Positions 58,251-64,000 of a stretch of DNA of 64,000 bases are shown piece after piece (positions within the stretch are counted from its first letter, which is position 1; each line of letters opens with the position of its first letter). Below the pieces are notes generated by a model. It did not search any database, was not told the DNA's origin, and saw only the letters and a list, made by a program, of their open reading frames with translations. The stretch is from Macrostomum lignano. Lineage: Eukaryota. Both the position numbers and the translations under genes were made by a program. Location of the stretch: NCBI GenBank assembly GCA_002269645.1, contig NIVC01000772.1, forward strand, positions 62,001 through 126,000, given 5' to 3'.

Positions 58251-58616
58251 GTCTCCCAGTTAATTGCAACAGAATATTCCGCCATTTGCTGACTTAATTG
58301 CTTCGTTTCCATAAAATATAATTTTCTGCTTTATTCGCCTTCCGTAGCGATTCAGAAATCCAGCTGCCTCACAGGGTCTGTCTCTCACCCTGTGGCTCCC
58401 ATTTTTTGTGCAGCGGAGTAATTTGATAGCGAGGTGAGCAAACAGCCATGGAACTTTTTTATCTTTCAGCTGAAACCCCCAGCACTCCCGCGTTCTCCAG
58501 TTGCAGCTGGTGGCTTCTCTATTCGTAATCGATTAGAGCTGCACGGCTGGGCAAAACAGACTGATATGGTTGGGCTGAGGAGATACAGACTGCTGTTTGC
58601 GCTTGCCTGTACTGCT

Positions 58617-58830
<214 letters not shown>

Positions 58831-60727
58831 GTTACAGCAGCCGCCAGTACCAGCCAGCAAGCATCGCAGTGCTTATCTGATTGAGTTACCGCTTCATCTC
58901 ACCCAAATGCCTGCAGACTTTTCTGATCTCTCCAATGCACAGACCGCCGTTTGGGTAGCCGAGCTGAGCTGGTGGAGAGGCTGGGAGAGCTGTGAGCAGT
59001 TTGTGCTCAATTTGCCGGGCCTGTTCCTGGCACTCATCCCTGGCCATATATTTGCGGTCGTGCCCTCCCCCTGTGTCTCTCGCCCTCTTCCTGCTTGTTC
59101 TCTTAAGGGCTTTGGGGACCCCACGCTGTTTATGAATATTAATTACCGTGGGGAGGGGGCCGCATCTCTTATAGTCTTCTATTTTTCTCGTCCATCCCCG
59201 CTCCCGTGAATCGGGATTCACCGTACGTACTGTAATTTCCGCACATATCGGCTTTGTACTTTTTTCTCTGTTTAAAAACAAAGCAATATTTACCTGCTGG
59301 CTTGTTTTTATTAAATGTAGCTTGTAATTAAAAATCGCGTCAATTTAAATTTCTATAGTATTACAGTACAACAGTGAGGTCCCAGCCTGCAGACCAGTTA
59401 CTGTTTGGTCTGTCACTGGATTAGGGTAATAGATTAATATCCGGGAGAGCTTCCGGTCCGCGGTACTCTTATCTAGCTGGTACCTTGAGCCTGGTGAAAA
59501 CTTCACCTGTAGTTTCCACTGCTTATTGCTGCGCTACCTTGACCTTATTTCTATTAAAGAATGCTGTTAGGAAAAAAATTGCCAGACTGAAAGTTGATTC
59601 TCCCCACTGGATTACCTTTGGGATTAGAGTTGCACTCTGGCTTCCCAGCTCATTGATATATTCCCCAGAGACGATGGGGCTGATAGTACAAACAGGAGGC
59701 TGTTTGCCTCATAAAAAAAAACTAAACTAGAGCGGAGGCAGACAGGGAGATGGGAAGAGCGAATGGCAAAGCAGTTGGGATCCCTTGGAGTTCTTCGATA
59801 TCCTTGGGCGATTTCTGCTATTGGAGCAAAATTCTAAGAGAAATATGCAAAACAGGCGGTAGACAGACAGGCAGCTGGGACAGAGAGGGATCAGTCTAAG
59901 TGGGGAGAAAAGAGTTGGGGAATTCTGTGGCAGCAGGGGCCAAGACAGCATCAAGTTCCCGCAGTCTGCCGAATCTCGAAATTAAGATTCGAGTTGGATG
60001 TCAACGCGCGCATCTGGAGTTCGATGCCACGGGCCTACAAGACATTATTTCATGCCCGCCTGAGATGGCTGCTCAGGGGTCGGCGAGGGAGCGCAGTTTG
60101 CGCTTTGGAGAATTAGAATGAAATGAACGATGGAGAGATAGATAGAGAAGTTGAGGCTTTAAGGCCGGGTTAGGGAGGTCGGGAATTGCCCGAGAGGGAG
60201 AACTGAGACGGTTCGGGAGGGGGTCCCCGCGCGCTCGGGGTGATTGGCTTGGGCGACACGCTGCTTTCAGAATGGGACTTTGGGATTTCGCAGGAGGGTT
60301 GGGGGCAGGCCTCCAGAGCTCCTCGCAGCCTGCACTTCTCACCGCTGGATGCAGCCACGCGATTGGGCGCCCCCGACTGTCTGTGGACTGGGCGGATTTG
60401 GCTCCAGGTCTCCTCGGTGCTCTCGCTCCCTCGGCCACCCCAAGCCTCCTGCCCTTTCTTTCTCCTCTCTCCGTCCGCAGCCTGCATTTGCTAGCAGGGG
60501 CTGCTCGTCCGCAACCCTCCGCTGTACTTAACTTTGCCCCTCCCGGGGTCTCCCGCCACGCGATGAACAACCAGAAAGAATTTTCTCTCGACACTGTCGC
60601 GAGACCCAACTAGAGGGACAAGCGGCACAGAATATCTCGACACCAGGTCACTGGGATCGGCTGAAATGACGGCTGCGGGCAAGGCGGCGAGGCTGCCACC
60701 AGCTTGAACTCCTCCGCTAGCAGAAGC

Positions 60728-62614
60728 ATGGGCGCAGGTGCCAGCTCGCTGTGCCCTCCGCTGCAGTCGATGTCTTCCGGCATTGTGGCGAGCGGCGTCG
60801 GCAGCTCCGGTGGCTTCTCCTTCGCTGTCAGGCCGAGGGCGAGGTCGCACGCCCGTCGCGGCAGCAGCAGCAGCGGCGGCAGTAGCGATGTCGGCAGTGT
60901 CAGCAGCGACTGTGCAGCGCGGAGACGAGTCAACTCGACTGTCGCCCCTGCCGCGGCCCAGCAAAACTCGCCTTCGCCCGGGAAAAGCCGGCAGTCGCGA
61001 ACGCAGCAAAGAACAACGGCGACTCGGCGGCCGCAGCCGCAGTCGCCGTCTCAGCAGCAGCCGCCACCGACACCTGTCGCTGAGGAGATTCGCCGGGCCA
61101 GCACAAAGTCAATCCACCTGCAGAACCATCCACTCAGCCCGCGGCCCTCCCGATCGCCGAGTCCTTGCCGCCAGCAGCCGCAGCAGCAACCCGCGCTTCC
61201 GCCGCCCACTTTCATATTTTCCGACGAATCAGACGATCAAAATTTTAGTCAAAAACAGCAGCGACAGGAGCGGCAGAAGCAGGGGGACTCCATGCTGCCG
61301 AAGCCGTACACCGGTGGCAACCCATACCTCATGCGGCATAGTCGATACCTCCTCGACGAGCAGGTTCTGCAGCAGCGAACGTCACCGCGGCCGCCTCCTT
61401 CGCTGCCTTTGCCTTCGTCAGCTCAGCAGCAGCGGCAGCAGCAGCAGCAGCAGCAGTCGTTGCACTTGTCTCTACACGGCGGCCGGAGCTCGAACCCCTA
61501 TATCGCTAGAGCCAATCTTCATCGCCATCTTGACGACGATGTCAGCGACTTCGATGGCGTTGATGAGGCGGCGGCGCTTGTCCAGGTGGCCTCTCCCACA
61601 AATGCAGTCTTCCGCGCTCTCCTACCTTCGCCGCCATCGCCGACCCCTCCGCCTCCGCCGGCGCCTCCTCCGTTGATCAGCGTCAGCGGGTCTCCGCCGC
61701 CACCATCGGCTTGGTCTCCAGGCCAGCGCTGTCCAAAGCACGACACCGTGTCGGGAGTCGACGATCCCACAGATCCGTTTGGTCAGTTTGCCGAGTGCAC
61801 TTGTCAGCGGCCTGGCCAGGAGACTGGCGCTCAACGTAGAGAGTCGACTGACCAGACAGAAACTGTCAAGCCAAGCACCTCTCGCACTCCAGTCGGTACT
61901 CCAGTCGCAATGTCATCCTCTCCATCGATAGCTTCGTCGGTCCGAAGCGAGCTGGCAGGGTCCGCTACAGACACAGCAGACTGGGCAGCAGAGGAGCATG
62001 GTAGCTGGGCCTCGTCTACGCCGACATATTCGGCCCATTTCAACTCCTTCGGCAACTTAGTGGAGCCCGATGACCGTCAGAAAAGTCTTGACGATGTCAC
62101 TCAGCTGCCTGACTTGGACGTGGCTTCGGTGAAGTCATCGCATTCGCAGGATTGCGTCGCCTGCGAGCTGCTCGAACGATCGCCAAGCGTCGAAGTCGCG
62201 CCCCCCTCCGCTGCGACCAAGCAGCCGCGATCGAGGGAAGCGTCGATACCGACACCCGCGGCGGCGGCGGCAGCCAAGGCTACTGACACGGTTGAAGTGG
62301 ATGAAGTCGACCTTGAGAGCGGAGACTCGCCCGGGGTTTCCAACGAAGGCAGAGAGACTGCTTCAAGTCGAAAGTTTGCCCGATTTGTGCGAACTCACTT
62401 TGTTCGACTGATCTCATTCGATGCGGCAGAGGAGGAGGGAGCAGAGACTGATGCACCCGCGCCCGCCGACAAAAGCCGTCTGAGTGTGCCAAGCGTTCAC
62501 GGCCACGGCCACAGTCACGATGGGAACCTTCATTTGCACCCACTCGCTGGGTCGTCGCTTAGTCAGAAGCGTCAAATTTTGCACAAAGCCGCCACTGATT
62601 CAGGGTCCACTCAT
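60728..62614 (+). CDS. Large Ser/Pro/Gln-rich coding exon (629 codons); probable second alternative first exon of unc-13, or a nested gene
   Basis: The frame is open 60665-62689 with the same GC-rich codon style and polyQ/polyP tracts as the other genes. ATG 60728 is in strong Kozak context (AGCATGG) with an in-frame stop at 60662. Candidate phase-0 donor CAT|GTAATT at 62615. No recognised domain. Confidence 0.6.
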
Positions 62615-62779
62615 GTAATTCACGCTGCTGGTCAATGCCTTTCTCTGTTTCTCTCTACTCTAGATGCGTGGATCATTCCGTGGCGTTGATTCTGCACATT
62701 AAGGAGTAATCGCTCGTCCCATATTGGGTGATCTTGCTGATTTGACCTCTCGGACATAGCGCAGACGCATTATTCATAA

Positions 62780-63095
62780 CCCCAGACACGGAAGTCACAG
62801 TTACAGACACGGAAAGCACAGTTACAGACACAGAAAGCACAGCCCCAGACACGGAATTCACAGTTACAGACACGGAAAGCACAGTTGCAGACATGGAAGT
62901 CACAGTTACAGACACGGAAGTCAGAGCCCCAGACACGGAAGTCACAGTTGCAGACACGGAAGTCACAGTTACAGACACGGAAGTCACAGTTACAGACACG
63001 GAAGTCACAGTTGCAGACACGGAAGTCACAGTTACAGACACGGAAGTCACAGTTACAGACACGGAAGTCTCAGTTGCAGACACGGAAGTCACTGT
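62780..63095. repeat. 21-bp minisatellite (GACACGGAAGTCACAGTTACA), ~15 copies
   Basis: Direct reading. Confidence 0.95.
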
Positions 63096-64000
63096 GCCCA
63101 GTACTTCTTCCCCATCAAAAAACATCCCAGTCGCATTTGATTACCGTCGGTCCGGTTTAGTCGCAGCATCGCCTTGGGCCAATTAAAATCAATGAAAAGC
63201 TTTCTTTGCCTTGCTTCAATCCTCGCCCTTGGAATTTTCGACCCTTCTACTTCTACTCAGCGGCAAAAATCGATGCATGTAAGCCAACTGACGATCTCAG
63301 GCTTGCACTTTTGCTCCCTTTAAAAGAAGCAATGCTAAAACCGTGGTGTAACAAATCTTTTTCTTAGCTTCTATCTCAGAAATATTTATGCCCGCCTCAC
63401 ATCGTCACGTCGTCCCATCAGATACAGAAGCCGTCACGGACAAGCCTGTGTGGAAGAATTCAAAACCCAAACCAGGCTGTTTGAGGACAAGGGCGATGGA
63501 GGGATGGATTTGAGCGGAGGGATATTAGCATCTTAAGCAGCGCCAACCCCCCCCCCCCTCGCTTCTACCCTCGCCAAGCAGCTTCCTATCCGGCAACCCC
63601 TTGTTGCTTCTTCCACCCCGTGGGCCGGCGTTGCCCCTGAGGGATGACGGATTTTCGGGGCGCACTAATGAGGGGAAATGCTCGGAGACTGGGCTGGTGA
63701 GGACTCTGTCTCACTCACGCACACGCACATGTTAAGCCCTGTCGTCTCACAAAGCTGCACTTCTGTTAATTTCTCTTGCTTCGGGGCCTTCCTGTCGAGG
63801 CCGGACAGGTAATTCGCCCCACCCCACCTACCTGCGATGAGAAGCATTAGCTTCTCGTCCGGTTCGGTCTCAGCTTACCGGCTTCTGGGTTTTTGTTGAC
63901 AGAGGAACTGCCTCTCTTTATTGTATTGGGGACTGATCTGGTGCAGCGGGGACGAAGCCTTGTAAAAAAAACCTGGAATTTTCAATTTTCAATTTTCATT

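Noticed and set aside
58340-58440. Donor-like AGCGAG|GTGAGC suggesting another unc-13 exon
   Set aside because: No open coding frame with a matching acceptor; it could be a non-coding exon but is unsupported.

Overview
Eukaryotic (metazoan) genomic DNA. GC-rich, polyQ/polyA-rich exons and introns packed with minisatellites suggest a Macrostomum-like flatworm; this is inference from style only. Five spliced or single-exon protein genes can be reconstructed by hand with consistent splice phases. (1) A TTLL4-like tubulin polyglutamylase (+, 5 exons, 2355-12190). (2) An ANKFN1/wide-awake-like ankyrin-FN3-RA protein (-, 4 coding exons, 21328-14473). (3) TRIAP1/Mdm35 (-, 24049-23756). (4) A 6x C2H2 zinc-finger gene (-, 2 exons, 27581-25161). 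(5) The 5' half of unc-13/Munc13 (+, 10 exons from 32136 to 52580, C2A domain through the calmodulin-binding site), followed by two probable alternative first exons (54131, 60728); the C1/C2B/MUN core lies beyond the window. Mobile elements: a 5'-inverted RTE-like LINE with a 10-bp TSD and a twin-priming structure, an hAT-type MITE nested inside it, two copies of a tRNA-derived SINE, and a CORE-SINE. About 35 tandem-repeat arrays fill most introns. Several carry, in every unit, transcription-factor consensus sites (AP-1, nuclear-receptor IR1/RORE, ETS, RUNX) or splice-site and RNA-binding-protein motifs. No CRISPR array, rRNA or intact tRNA gene was seen. Family assignments come from recalled motifs, not database searches.
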